Shown here piece after piece: positions 1 through 13,934 of a DNA stretch of 64,000 nucleotides. Source of the stretch: Lama guanicoe (taxonomy: Eukaryota); NCBI GenBank assembly GCA_013239625.1, contig MU053934.1, positions 3,552,399-3,616,398 of the forward strand. The letters run 5' to 3'. The notes below the pieces were generated by a model. That model ran no database searches and was not told where the DNA came from. It saw only the letters and a list, made by a program, of their open reading frames with translations. Position 1 is the first letter of the stretch. Each line of letters begins with the position of its first letter. Made by a program: the position numbers and the translations under genes.

Positions 1-294
1 GTCACTTTTACTCTCTACACCTTGTCAGAATTGACTCTTTGCCCTTAGAGGGGCCCAGAGCTTTAGTCATCTCAGGCCCACCCCTTCCAGGGGCCCTGGG
101 ACCACCCACCCATCCTCAGCTCAGAGACCTGCAGCTCCTCTGAAAAGGTGGCAGGGGGGCAATGTCACCTCAGAAAGCACTAATGATGCAGACCCTCCCC
201 GACCCCTCCTGGGACACCTCTGGGAGGCAGGACGAGGAAGGAGTAAGAGCTCAGGTCAGTAGGGTAGGAGGGTAGGGGGCCCCAGACAGACTTC

Positions 295-610
295 CATCTG
301 TATCCTAGTTCCTAGCTCTGCAAATTTGGGCAAGTTATAGAAATTTTCTGTGCCTCAGTTTCCTCATCTGTAAAATGGGAATACTACTGCATACCTTGCA
401 GGAGTGCTGGGAAGCTCAGAAATGAGCCAATACGTGTAACACGCTGAGAAGAATGTCTAGCATCTAGTAAGTGCAATAAAAATACTAGTTAGTGCAATGG
501 TTGTTATTGTTATGGGGCAGTTATGAGGATTAAATGAAATGATGGAAGTCAAATGCATGACGTGGGGCCCAGAATAGAGTAAGTATTTCAAAGACAGGAG
601 CTATTACTTT
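295..610 (+). mobile_element. MIR SINE fragments (many more MIRs occur, e.g. near 2000-2110, 4430-4630, 5960-6080, 7440-7570, 15140-15320, 26215-26680, 53080-53290)
   Basis: MIR core TTGGGCAAGTTA...CTGTGCCTCAGTTTCCTCATCTGTAAAATGGGA. Confidence 0.8.
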
Positions 611-3535
611 ATTATTATTAGTCAGAAGTCAGCTGGATGGCCCTGCCCCCCACCATCCTCAGGAGATCTGGTTAAACTTGATTCAAACCATAATTCCATG
701 GCCTGTGAGAATCCAGGCCTCTTCCTTCCGTTTTGGCAGTTTCCCACCTGTCAATTTTTAGGGCATCCTGATACTTCCCTTCTCTTGGGGTGAGATGTAT
801 TGCCAGCTACAAAGCCAGACACTTCAGTGGTTCCAAGATAAATCCTCTGGAAAAGCATACCCTAATAGGCAGCTCTCATCGTCTTGCCCCTGCACCATCT
901 CGACCACTGGCAGGTGGGGGCACCTGGCAGCCTGGGAGGAGCCCCGCCTGCCTGCTGGGTACTGCCCGCTCCTCCTCGCCGCTAAGCCCTGGCCAGCTAC
1001 CCCTTTACCGCCCCTGGATGCAGCTGCTTATCCTTGTCCTCATACCCATGCCTCATTCAGCCTCTTCCCAGGTCCCCACGACTGCGACTGGATCAGCTTC
1101 TTCCCTGGTGCCAAGCCCCTGGTCTTCCCCCTCCCATCCAATCCGCACACCACCAGTGTGAGCTTTCTAAAACAGTTTTCCCTTCATGAAACACTACTCT
1201 GATCCCCTGTTGCCCTTAGGATCAAGTTTTGGCACACGAGCCCCTCAGTCTGCCCCAGCTCCCTCTCTCCGCCCCTTCAGGATCCCTGGACTCTGGGTTT
1301 CCACTGCATGAAGGCACCTGTAGCTCCCAAGGATGCCCAGCCATGCATTTGTCTGTCCTCACCGTTCTCCTCCACATGCACCTACTCCCTTTCTGCCCCT
1401 GCCCGGTAGACCTGATAGAGTCAGGACTCAGATCAGTCTTCATTTGCCACCTCCAGGAAGCCCTCCCAGTTCCCCCAGCTGGGGCTAGACACTAGGGCTT
1501 CCACAGCCTTTCCACCTGACCTTCTTTCCTCATAGCTCCCTCAGACTGTGAGCCCTCTGAAGCCAGGAACCAGCTCTGATTCCCTTCTGTTTCCTCAGGG
1601 CCCTGCACAGAACACGTGAAATCGCAGCTAGATAGATTTTTGTTGATCAACTGACTGACTGGAAGTGAATGACCACTTCCTGGCCCAGCCAGGCACCCTC
1701 TAGACAGGGCAAAGCCTCAGCCTCAACCTCACCCCCACGCCAAATGGCAAAGGGCCAGGTCTCCTCATAAACCAGCTGGGAAGCCCAGCAGGCAGCCTGA
1801 GGGGCTGGGCGCTAATGGCAGTTTCCGGTACATGAAAGGACCTAGGCTATAACCATGAGTCATGCGTGTCATCCAGCATCCCTTCTGGACTTTACGAGGA
1901 CCCTGTGGGCTGTGAGGCCCCGGGGAAGGAGGCGCTCACGTTGATGGAGCTTCTGCCATGAGTGGACTTTTAAACAGGACCCATGTGGATGCTCACAACA
2001 GCCTTTTGAAGTGTTGTCCCTATTTCCAGAGGAGGAAACTGAGGCTCAGAGAGGGGACATGACTCACCAAGGTCAATAATTTAGTGAGTCACAACACAGC
2101 ACGTCTGGCTCCGCAGCCCAAATCTCCTTACTCAGGGCATCTGCTCTAATAGAAAAATGTCTACTTGTGTGGAGCACTTACTATGTGCCAGGCCGTGGAA
2201 TAAGCATTCACATTCATTACCTCCTTGAAGCCCCAGCGCAGCCCAATGAGGAAGGTGCACAGTTACCTCCTTTTTACAGGTGATGGGGCTGGGACTCAGG
2301 AGCACAGGAGTCACAGAGCTGGAGTCCAGATCCGTGGGTCTCACAGCACAGGGAGCTTCCCAAGCTGTCCAAGGTCTTCTCATTGGAAACTGCCTGGAGA
2401 CCAGGTGCCTTGGGTCCCCTGCTTGGGGCATAGGTATGGAGGGAGGTCTGGGGGCATCTCTGATGGGCTGACTTGGATAAACCACCTCCACACTCCTGCC
2501 TCAGTTTCCCTAGTAAAGTTGATCAAGAGCTTCCTCCCCAGGGGGCCAGGAAGGCTGGAGGCCCCTAGAAAGGCCAGGAAGGTGCCTGCAAGGTTGGCTG
2601 ACTCTCACCCATCACCACTCCGCAGCTCCAGCCTCACCCCTGGTCATGGGGATGCCAACCATACTTTCTTCTCAAAGCTCCTGCGCTCTTGCAGTGTTAC
2701 TCCCTGCCTAGACCTCCAGCCCCACTCCCTGGACTCCCAGACAAGGCACCCACCCCCTCCACCAGCTCTGGCTACCTGGCCGACCACTCTCTTCAAGCTC
2801 CCTTGCAGTTTCTCAAGGTCATGGCTCAACCAGGCCAGTGACCATCTCTGTGTCTCCATCTCCCCCATCAGTGCAGGGGATGAGCCTACATCCCAATGAT
2901 GATCATTTGGCTTGGTCACCTGCTGGCCCTGTGACCTCAGCTGAAGCATCTCCAGCTTCAGGAGAGGGGCAGCTGGCTGCGCTGGCCAAGCAGGTGTGAA
3001 AGGTGACTAACGGTGGACACGGCAGTGTGACATTGCTGCTTTGGAGGAAGAGCTGAGGGGGTCTCGCCAAGAGATCTTCATGTGGGACCAGCTGCTTGTG
3101 ACCCTCGGGACTCCAACAGATTCTCAGGTTCTCCCGTTTCCTTAGGAAGACAGGTTTGTAGGTGTCTACAGCCCCCCTCCCAGGGTCCCCCCATAAGCCA
3201 GTCTCCAACCTCATGCATCTTCTTACCTCTTCACTGGCTGTGTCACTGACTCATTCATTCAAATTCTGTGCCTGCACAAGAACACTCATCACAGCACTGG
3301 AAGTAGGAAGTGCGTAATAAATTCCCCACCACATGTGCCCAGCAGTTATAAAAAAAAGCAGTGAGGAAGTTCTTGCATGCCGATGTGGAGAGAGCTCCAA
3401 GATGGGCTGTGAAGTAAACAAAGCAAAGTGCAGATCCGGGTGTGGGAAGCGCCATCGTTTATGTATGAAGGGAAATACGGCAGGGACGGGCTGGCACGTG
3501 TGCTTATAGATGCTTCAAATCTCTCTGGAAGGACT

Positions 3536-3595
3536 CACACACACATGTGCACGTGCACATACACACGCACATACATGCACACGCACACACACACA
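3536..3595. repeat. Imperfect (CA)n microsatellite
   Basis: cacacacacatgtgcacgtgcacatacacacgcac... Confidence 0.85.
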
Positions 3596-5279
3596 GAGTG
3601 AGAAAACCCATTGGGAAGAGGGTCCTGGACGTGCAAGAACCTGGAACTGCGGTTGCTTCGGGAGGGGGCTGGAAGGGTGGGTGACGGGGCAGAGGGCCAC
3701 TTCTTTCAAAGTTAGATGCTTTCATACATCCTGAATTGTTTCCCAGGTACATGTGATATCTATTCCAAAATACATAAAGGCTTAAAAAGGATAAAATAAC
3801 CCCAAAGGAACATGGTAGGAGAACGACAGAGCTGAAGCCAAGCCCGGGGCTGGATTTCAGTTTCTGCCTCATTTCACCCTCCGAAACCTTGTTTCCTCCT
3901 CGCCTGAGGTGAGCAGGATTGATAAATGTGATTCAGTGAGGTCACGAGGGCACTGCGCCTAGCCCCAGCAGCAGCTGTGCGTCGTTGCCGTTCATGTCCT
4001 GGTCAGGCCTGTTCCAGGCACCTGGGTGACACGTTCATGAAGGGCACACCCTCACCCCGCTCGAGGACAACGCCCGGGAGGCTGACCCAGCCAGAGGAGC
4101 CAGGGCAGGCTGGGGGCAGAGGTGACGCCCACGCTGAGTCTCCAGGATATGTAGGCGTCATCAGGAGACAAAAGGGAAGAAGGGTGCTGCAGGCTGGGGG
4201 AGCAGGCCCGGCACACCTGGAGCCACACCACGGAAACAGTTGTAGACACGTGCTGCCACGAACACCTGTGCACATGCGCCCCCTCCTGCTCGCTCCCACA
4301 CAACCCCCGCCCGCATATCCAGCCTGCGCAGGAGTGCGCAGATGTGTGCAGGTATGCACAGGTGTCCACAGAGCTCCGGGGGCTCGCAGGCCGGCGAAGC
4401 ATGGAGGGCGAGCAGCTTGGGTGTCAGGGGTGCGGACTGGGGACAGACTGCTGACTATCTGTGTGACCCTAGGCAAGTCACTTAACGTCTCTGGGCCTTA
4501 TTTCCCTCACCTCTAACCTGGGGAAAATAACAGTGTTGACCTCCTAGGGATGTGGTGAGGATTAAGTGAGGCAGTTCCTGTAGAGTACCGACTGAGAACA
4601 CTGTTCACTAGATGTTCACAGTTAGGGTTTCTAATATGCATATTAATATGTAGAATAACATATTCAATGATATATTAATATCATTACATTATGTGTCCAT
4701 ATTTCATAGACTGTGACTGTTTTACTAAATGCATGCCTAATGTGTTTATATGTCACACATAACGTGTCAGCATACATGCACCCTCTCCACCTGCCCATTC
4801 ACCTCTGCCTTCTCCTCCCAAGCTAAATATGTACACAGGGCAGTGAGGCAGGCAGTCCAAAAGGTTGCCCTAACCTGAGCCAGGCCCAGCTGACATCTCA
4901 GACCCACTAAGAGAGGACCCAGACTGATGTGGGGCCGGGAACCACATTCTAGACCCACTGATTCAGAGGCCACTACTCTGGATGGAGAAAAGGCTCCAGG
5001 GTCACTGTGTGTTCTCAGCCTGAGAGCACCTTGAGGGCCAGCCACGTCAGTGTCCCTCTACCTCGCACAGTGCCTGGTGTTGAGCAGCAGAGCCATCTCT
5101 TGGCAAGAATTGACTATGTGAATAAACAGCTGCCTATTGTATGAAACTGAGTTGTCCTGGGATTGTCTCTTCCATCTTCTTCTCCCCTCTGAACTGTGAG
5201 TTTCATGGGCTCATGTCTGATTTGTCTTTGTTCCCAACACCCAGTCCAGATTCTGGTAAAGGGTGGTCATCAATGAGTG

Positions 5280-5770
5280 AATTATGTTTGGCTGTGGGTG
5301 ACAGTACAGTAGCTTAAACAAGAAGGATGTTTATTTGCCTTATCAGGAAAAGTTTGAAGGGAGGAATCCCAAGCTGAGCTGAGCCATGGTATCTGGGGTC
5401 CAGACTATATATTTATATGTAGAACCTAGACCCCATCACACACAGCCTCCATTCACAAACGCACCCTGTGGTCCAAGATGGCTGCTCTAGTTCTAGTCAA
5501 CACATCTGCATCCCAGCCAGCAGGTAGAAGGAGTTAAGCGAAGAAGGGGCAAAGGGTCTCTGCCAGCTTTCTCTTAAAGAATCTCTAGCACAACAATTCT
5601 ACTTATATTCCTTTAGCCAGAACTTGGTCACATGGCCACTCCTAACTGCAAAAGAGGGTGAGAAAGGCAGCCTCTACTTTGAGTGGCCATGTGCCAGACC
5701 CAAACATTCAAGGCTATGTCACTGTGTTCAAGGGGGACGTGGGTATTGGCTCCACCATCACCAGTATTTG
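5280..5770 (-). mobile_element. Old MaLR LTR (MLT1J/K-like)
   Basis: GCTTAAACAAG...GTCCAAGATGGCTGCT...GCCAGAACTTGGTCACATGGCCACTCCTAACTGCAA. Confidence 0.65.
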
Positions 5771-6877
5771 CCAACTCAGTTGCCTAAGATTTAGAAGGCA
5801 TCTTGGGAATTCTTTCTCAGGCTGGGGACACATAAACTGGACTAGAAGAAAGAAGGACTCTAGTTGTACCCCAGCCCGTACTGACTGTGCAGGGAGGGAC
5901 CAGAGGTCAGAAAAGGAGTGAGACAAGACCACGCGATGGTCAAAGGCGTGAACTTTAGAGTCCAGCATGTTTGGTTCTAGCTCCAGCACCTTTCACCTCT
6001 GTGACCTTGGGCACGTCCTTTAACATCTCTGAGCCTCTGCTTCCTCATCTATAAAATGGGAATAATCATCTCTGCCTCAAAGGAAGATCAAGAAGATACA
6101 ACAATCTCATGAACACAAATCACTTAGCACAGGGCTGGGCCCCAAGGGGACCTCAGAAAACCACCTTTGAGAGGAGAGGGGTGGGGCCACCTGATCTGGC
6201 AAAAGTCTTGGGGGAACGGGATACGGCTCAGGCTCAGCCACCAAAAGACCTGGTGTTCTTTGAGTACAGTAGGAACTGGCTTTGAGGGCCACTTTTATTA
6301 TGTCCCCTCTAAGTTTAAAAAATTGTTATTTACTGTACAAGTGAAGTACGTTGATTTTTGAAAGTGTGAAAAATCAGATGAGCTAAAAGAAAAAAGAATC
6401 ATCAGTAAACCTACCACTAGATACTAAACTTTATCAAATTGTTGAATATACTGTCAGACTATCGCATAATCCTACGTATATACACACAATTATGACTTAG
6501 ATACTTCTTTCAATGTAAAATGTATATACTTTTCATGGGATCACACTACACATAGGCTACTTGAAAACCTCAAAATGCTAAAAACTACCCTGTTGAAATA
6601 TAACCTTTTTACCTCTTGACATATCATCTCTTCAGGCCATCAAATTGAAGAGCTCCACCATAAGACCAAGATTTATTCCACTGACATATCTCTAACTGTC
6701 TCATAATTTTTTCAACTTTTTCTAGAGTTAAAAATAATGCTGCAGTGAGCATTCTCGTACAGAAATATTTGTGTGAATTTCTGGTCATTTCCTTAGGCTA
6801 GATTCCTATAAGTGGACCACTTCCATGTTTTAGAACTTTTGATCTCTCAAGCAAACTACATTTAAAAATAAAAGGTT

Positions 6878-6879
<2 letters not shown>

Positions 6880-6926
<47 letters not shown>

Positions 6927-7031
6927 TTATGGAGAAAANNNNNNNNNNNNNNNNNNNNNNNNNNNNNNNNNNNNNNNNNNNNNNNNNNNNNNNNNNNNNN
7001 NNNNNNNNNNNNNNNNNNNNNNNNNNNNNNN

Positions 7032-7063
<32 letters not shown>
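6880..7063. repeat. (TA)n microsatellite(s) flanking the gap
   Basis: (TA)n at about 6880-6918 and 7032-7063. Confidence 0.95.
6939..7031. other. Assembly gap (93 N)
   Basis: Run of n, with (TA)n on both sides. Confidence 0.99.
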
Positions 7064-7068
<5 letters not shown>

Positions 7069-9289
7069 TTTTCAATTGAGGAAAGAAATCTGGAACTGCC
7101 AGTCAAAGCTTTGGATCAGCAGGAGAAAATCCACTGTTCCCACACTGAATTGACATAAATCTTAGCTGAAAGTAAAGACACTTAACATTTTTGTGAGTCT
7201 CTGCCGCCTAATTGTGGGTAAACACGTCATTTCCATCCAGGTGTTGAAATACCAACAATGATTATGAGAGCTAACACTTAAACTGCACTGATTACATGTC
7301 AGGCATATATATCTGTCTATATATATGTAATCATATTATAATACATATAATACTATAGATGTTAAATATGACATGTATTGTTTATTATAAACACATTACA
7401 TATTCACATACATATTTATACACACATATATACATTTAGTCTTCATGAAAACTCTATCAGGTAGACACCATTATTATCTCCAGTTTACAGGGAAGGAAAC
7501 TGAGACACAGAAGGGTCAGCCTTTCCCAGAGCCTCATACCTGTAAGTGGTAAAGCTGGGATTACCCAGACAGCATGTATCTGTGGTGCTTGGACCTCACC
7601 ACCGTGTTAGACTTTTGGACTTCTAGTGGGTCAATGAGCTCCAGTCAAACCCTGAGTTTATAGGAGAGAGTACATGAGCCCAGAGAGGGTTAGCAAACTA
7701 TTTCAGGTCACACAGCAGATTCAGGTGCTTCTCCCCGCCGCACAGCCTCCTAAAGTACATTTAAATACCTTCAGTGCCCAGGGGAAAGGGGCCCCCAAAC
7801 TTTCCAGAGAAGATGCCGTGACCCAGAGTTTATGTCCACCGCTTCCTGGGAGCAGTACTTTGCTCTCCACCCCAGCCAGCACCAAAGCTTGTGTTGAACA
7901 CTTGCAGGGAGTGGTGGCAGCTGCGTTTGGGCCCCAGTTGGGCATGGCCCTCACCAGACAGCAGCCAGGCCCAGCATGTGGGCCTCGTCACCATCCTGGG
8001 CATCATGGCCTTGGTTCCAGGTCCCTTTGGCTGCTGTGCTGGCCAGGGTACCAGTTAGGGTATCTGAGAGTGTGATGCATAGAGCAGAAAAATAATATTT
8101 GCCCATCTGTCTAACCACTTTATAAGAGATTGTGATTCTAATATTTTACAATTTTAACATAAGTGAGAATTGTCTAAGATGAGGACCGAATTCTTAGCTT
8201 CCATAATTTCTCTGAATCCTTTGACTGTAGAAGTCTTTGCCTTTCATTTCTGAAAGCTGGGGTCAAAGAAGGCAATGCTCCTTCCTCTGGGCAGCGGGGG
8301 AGCAGGCTGCCTGAAGGACAGCAAAGTGCTGGGAGGCGGCTGGTTTCGGTCTCTGAGAGGGAAGGGGCCATGACCTGTGCACTTTACCATATTTTTCCTG
8401 GATACTCTGGTTTTGTTTGTGTTGTGTGTTGCTCCCAAGATGCCCCAGTTCTCCCCTCTCCCAGGGACCCCTCCTTATCTCCTCATCCAGGCGGGCTCTG
8501 GCTCACGTGAAGGGCTCCCAGTTCAAGCTCAGCTGACCACTTCGATAGCAGAACACGTGCCCCAAGATTAGGGGAACAACTGGTGCTGACATTGGCTGTT
8601 ACTGCTGTTTGAAAAAAGAAATATAAACAGACTCTCCATGTGCCCTGGGCTTCAATGGCAGGGTCTGCACTGAGTGACAGAAGCAGGGCCTCGGATTTGG
8701 GATGGGGTCCCCCGGCTTCTCCCAGGAGACCCCCACCTCTGGGGGCTTCCATGACCTTCCAGGCTGAGGCTGCCCATCCAACACTTGCCCATGGCTGGGA
8801 GAGACACAAGCCGTGAGTGTTAGGGAGGACAGACAGGCAAGTCCAATGAGAACATGGCCCCAGAGCAGGGCTAAGGGGGAGACTCAGGCAAGATCACAGG
8901 CAGAGCGAAGACTGGGACATGGTCTCCTTGACACCACCCAGGGGTGAGTGCCAAGCTCTGGGACTAGGATCGCCGTCTGGCCTCATTCTGAAACTCATGT
9001 GGGATGAGGGATTGAGTAGAAAGGACTGGCTTAGGGGCTGGGGCCAGGGCAGGGTAGCACATGGTATGAACCCCAGATAGGCCTGCAAAGGGTCTCCAAT
9101 CTGGAGGCGCTGAGCTCCCCTAAGGACTGGGGAGAGCAGGAGCAGGCTGGGTGGCACTGGATACCAGAGCCAGGGTCAACCTCACCAGGCTGGCGCGTCC
9201 TGCCTCTCGCTCAGGTGCGGGGCTGAGAATGGGCTATGCCGCTGGACTCACTCGCCCTTGAACACTTTTCCTCCGACTTACTCTGCACA

Positions 9290-9880
9290 TTTTCAAACCT
9301 ACAGATGAAGTGCAAGAATAGTCCAGTAAACCCCCGTACATCCTTCACCCCGGCTCACCAGCTGTTGCAATTTTGCCACCCTTGCTTTCCCTCGTGTTCT
9401 CTGTTGACACCTATGTCTACATATATACAAACCCATCATCCTGTATCTCTGTCTAAAGACATATATGTCGCTCAAGGATCCGAGCTGCAGGCATCACGAC
9501 ACTCCGTCCTTCAGTGTCCACCTCTCAAGTAAAAGGACATCCACTCACAGGACCACAATCCAATGAGCACGCACAGGAAATGGAACACAGGTGCAATATT
9601 ATCTAACATACAACCCACATTCAAACTTCCTCGACTGTTTCAATAACATCTGTTAGAACTTGTTCTTTTTCAGACCCAAGGTCCATCCAGGAGCATACAT
9701 GGCATCTAATTGGCAGGTCCCTCGTGTCTCCTCTCATCTGGGATGTGTCTCTGCCTTTGTAGTCTTTCACGACTTTAACGTTTTTGGAGGGTCTAAGCCG
9801 GCCATCTTGCAAAACATCTCTCGGTTTGGGTTTGTCGAGTTCTTTTTTCATGGTTAGATCCAGGTTGAGTTGGAACAATT
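9290..9880 (-). mobile_element. Old L1 (L1MC/ME-like) 3'UTR fragment
   Basis: TTCAAACCTACAG...TGCAAGAATAGT...TCCTTCACCC...TTGGGTTTGTC...TTCATGGTTAGATCCAGG. Confidence 0.6.
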
Positions 9881-12090
9881 TGAGGCCCTTGAGTCCTAGT
9901 GGCAAATTGTTATCCAAATATGTTGATCTAATAATGTCCACTCTTGCGAGCCAGGGAAGGGAATGCCCGTCTCACTCCCAGCACTGTAACCATTTCTAAA
10001 AATCTTAGGTTAACGTGAAAGGTGAAAAATATGACATTGCTGTTGTTTGAAGCTGCACTGCACATCTTTGCTTATATATGAGACCAAATTAACTACTGGT
10101 ATTTACTTGTCTATAATTGAGCTGTTTAGGTACTATCTCCCGTTGTGGCCTTACCATTTTCCTCCTAAGGATTTGTAACAGTGGATATTTACTGTTCATC
10201 ATATTTACCCTGAAGGATTTTTTAAATATTATTTTTTGACTTTTCCTCATATGTATGTTTTTGACATTTTTGACAAAGGTTCTTTATTACAAAGGTAATA
10301 CGTGTCTATTGTTTAAAAAATTAAAACAATACAGAAGTGTAAAAGTAACCAAATAAAAGCCCACCAGGCGCAATTCCACTTCTCAGAGAAAGCCGGCGGT
10401 AGTAACACTGCCTGGGCACGCTTGCATCCCTGGCCCACTTGCCCAGCCTGGAGAACCACTTCCTGGTCACATCACTGCACGGTAGTTTTTTAACCATCTC
10501 TCGTGCACCCTCCTGCATTTATTAGGAAGCCCAGCGTCTCCCTCTAGAGGTCTCTTCTAGAATAGCCTGAGGTTCCCAGGAGCTCACTTCATCGAAAGGA
10601 GGCCAGGCCCACTTTCCAAGGCTCAACCTGCCTGCCCAGGGGCCCCAAGTTACAGCCCTCTCATTCACACCAGGAGCTCAGTCCTTGCTCCCTGCAGTGG
10701 GCATGACGCTAGAATGGGTGGGTCCAGGATAGCCTCCAGCCCAAGCCGCACATGGTGTCTGCCAGCCTCACAATGCCAGCCTCCAGCCCTGGGCTTGGGT
10801 CAGCTGTCCACACCCCTCTTCCCACAGAGTGAGTTCCCTCATTTGAGGCACAGGTGTCTTCTTTGCCAGCTGACCTTGGTCAGGACTATGCCAATGGGTC
10901 AGATGGCAGCTGATCTCACTGACCTGTAGAAGGGACAGGTAGGAACCCAGAGCTGGTTCCTCCCAGGGCTCCCCAGGACAGCCCCACATTTGCCCACCTA
11001 GGCCCCAGATTACGGGAGGGACAGCTTTAAGAGTCGGTTAAGAGCATGGAGTCAGACCCCTTCAGACAATTCCTTCCCCATTTGTCAAAGGAAGTGTCAG
11101 TAGTAGGAAAAGATCCAAAAGCATCAGTCCCCATCATGAGAGCACTGAGCGCAGGGCCGGGCACACAGTAACTGCTCCGTAAATGGCAACTATCATTATA
11201 CCTTGTATGGAAGTCCCTAAATTTCCTACGTTATGAAAATGCGATCCCGCAACATATTTTTCGCAGCTTGCTTTTCTGAGTTGGTGTACCATAGACACCT
11301 CCCAAGTCTGCACATGCAGCCGCCATGATGGCATCCATGCAGGAGGTTAAACTGCCTCTAAGAATCAAACCCCTCAGTCTGTGCCTCGGTGATGTCTTTG
11401 TTTCTTTCATTCTTAGGAAACTAAAGTTTAGTCCAGTTAGATCAGTTAAAGTTTAACTGTGAAGCTGTCACTGGCATTTTTGTTCCTTTGTCCTGGGAGT
11501 GTGTGTTTGTCTCTCTGTCCAGCACTTGGCTCTCAATGCATGTGGGATTCTGATTATTTTTCTAACTTAGGAGAAGCAGGTAAGAGGTCAACTTCCAAGG
11601 CATGAGGCTGCGAAGGATGAGGAGGGACCAGAAGAGCCACCAGTTAGGGCAGGAAAGAAAAAGGTCTGCAAGGCAGGGTCCTGGTGTCAGACTCCCCGCC
11701 ATCTTCATCTCTGGACCCACGGCCATCCTTGCTTCTGCGCCAGAGACATGAGAGTCCTTCTGGTGGCTTATTCACCCCCAACAAGGGACACTTTAGCAAG
11801 TCCTGTGGACTTATCCTCCTAAATATTTCTCACATCTGCCCATTCTTCCCACCTCCACTGCCCCCTCTTTAGCCCAGGACCTGCCTGGCTGAGATGGCCC
11901 CAGTGGTCTCACCACCTGCCTTGCCTGAATCCATCATCCCAGCTGCAGCCTGGGAGAAGCAGCTGGCTCGTCCTGGTAAAGCTGAGGCTGCATGTTATTA
12001 CTCCAGGACACTTGCAGTAGGAAAGTCCCAGCAACACTGTCTGAAAAGCAAGAAACTAGAAACAACCCAAATATCCAACCCAAATAGTAG

Positions 12091-12738
12091 TATATTAGTT
12101 TTCCTAAGGCTGCTGAAACAAACTGTCCCAAATGTGGTGGCTTAAAACAACACAATTTGGGGGTGAGGGTATAGCTCAAGTGGTAAAGCACATGCCTAAC
12201 ATGCACGTGGTCCTGGGTTCAATCTCTGGTACTGCCATTAAACAAATAAATAAACCTAATTACCTCCTCCCCTGAAAAAAGAAAAAAACAATCTATTACT
12301 TTACAGTTCTGGAGGTCAGAAGTCCAAAAAAGATCTCACTGGGCTAAAATCAAAAATCACATAGCATTAAGTTCTCTTTAAAAAAAAAAAATCACATGGC
12401 AGGTTGTGTTTGTTCTGGAGCCTCCAGGGGAGGATCTGGTTTTGTCTTTTCCACCTTCCAGAGGCAGCCCGCATTCCTTGGTTTGTGGGCTCTTACCATC
12501 TTAAAAGCCAGCAGTGGTTGGCTAAGTCTCTTTCATCTCTCTGGTTCTGACTCTTCCGCCTCTCTCTTCTCCCACTTTTGTGATTACATTGTCCCATCTG
12601 GATAATCCAGGGTACTCTCCCATCTCAAGGTCAACGATCTTAATTCCATCTGCGACCTTAATCCCTCCTTGCCGTGTGACAATATACACACGGGTTCCAG
12701 GGATGAGGACGTGGACAGATTTGGGCGCCAACTACCAC
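12091..12738 (-). mobile_element. MaLR solo LTR (MLT1C/D-like), interrupted by a SINE and a micro-insertion
   Basis: TATTAGTTTTCCTAAGGCTGC...GGCTTAAAACAACA...CAGTTCTGGAGGTCAGAAGTCC...GGATAATCCAGGG...TTAATTCCATCTGC. Confidence 0.8.
12159..12288 (+). mobile_element. tRNA-derived SINE (camelid vic-1-like), inserted in an MLT1 LTR
   Basis: GGGGGTGAGGGTATAGCTCAAGTGG (A box)...GGTTCAATC (B box)...AAATAAATAAACCTAATTACCTCC followed by an A-rich tail. Confidence 0.88.
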
Positions 12739-13934
12739 GAAAACGGAGAAAAACTGCAGCCCCACCCGACAGTGGAACACACCACATTCTGGGATAGACT
12801 CATGGGGAAGCTGACCTTGCTGAAGCCTTGGTTTCCCTCCCTTGTCCAAGTCCCTTACGAAGCTCTGAGGGGGATCCTGGCAATGTGGGTCAGACAGTTC
12901 ATCAGTAAAAATATATTTCTGGATTTCATGATGCTTGTGATATTCATCAGCTTTAAAAAAAAATCTGTGATTTGTTGTGAGTTCCTTCATCTAAATGTAA
13001 ATTTACTTTTTACCCAATACTCTGATTTTGTATTTTTTAAAAAAGGATTCAGAAAATTGTAGAAGCATCAGGCGCTGCAGAACCAGTACGTGTGCTGACC
13101 AGTGAGCCACAGCTGCTTGCACCAATGACTCTCAAAAATATACTGAGTGAAAGGAGCAAGGCACAGAAAAAGATACCCATGATCTGATTCCATCTGTACC
13201 TGGTCCAAAACCAGGCAAAACTAAGCTACACAGTAGTGTAAGGGGTTAAGTACATATATGGGAACTCTATAAACAAAAAAGAGAGAATTGCTTACAGATT
13301 TTCAGGATAGAAGTCATGGAGATGTGGTCAGGGCCGGGGACAAAGGGGGCTTCCAAGGGACTGATGACGTTTCTTATGTTAACTTCAGCGAGGGAAACAC
13401 TTGTTTCCGTATTAGTTTAAGAACTGCATTTAGGTTGCATATGCTCTTGCACGGATGGTGTCTGTCATAATTTAAATTTTTTATTAAAAAAACTGGATTA
13501 ATTATTTTAAGAAACAAAATTTTAAGCTTAAAATTCTGCAGTGGCTTCTCACTGCACTCAGAACAAAATCTACACCCCTTGCCGTGGCTTAAAGCCCCAC
13601 ATCCTCCAGCTGGCTCTCCAGTCTGATGGCATCTCCCGTCACACTCCCCGTCCTGTCCCCATCCAGCCACATGGCCTCCCCTGGCACTTGATCCATGTAA
13701 GTCCTCCTGTGACTCGCCCCTCCCCCCGCCCCAGGCCCTGGTTCTTGTCCTTATTGGCACTTTACACAATCACAATTTGCAATGATATCAATGCTGTCTT
13801 CCCGGTGGACTCTGAGCCCTGTGGGAACAGGCTGAGTCCGTTCTGTTCACACCCAGCACTCGGCCAGAGCAGAGGGTCCTTAAATGGGGGAAGAGGGAGG
13901 TAGAAGAGTCAGACCCAGAGAGATGGCATCATAA

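Noticed and set aside
12159..12235. tRNA-like A/B box sequences, also at 47946 and 56477
   Set aside because: They are SINE heads with A-rich tails and flanking repeats, not tRNA genes.
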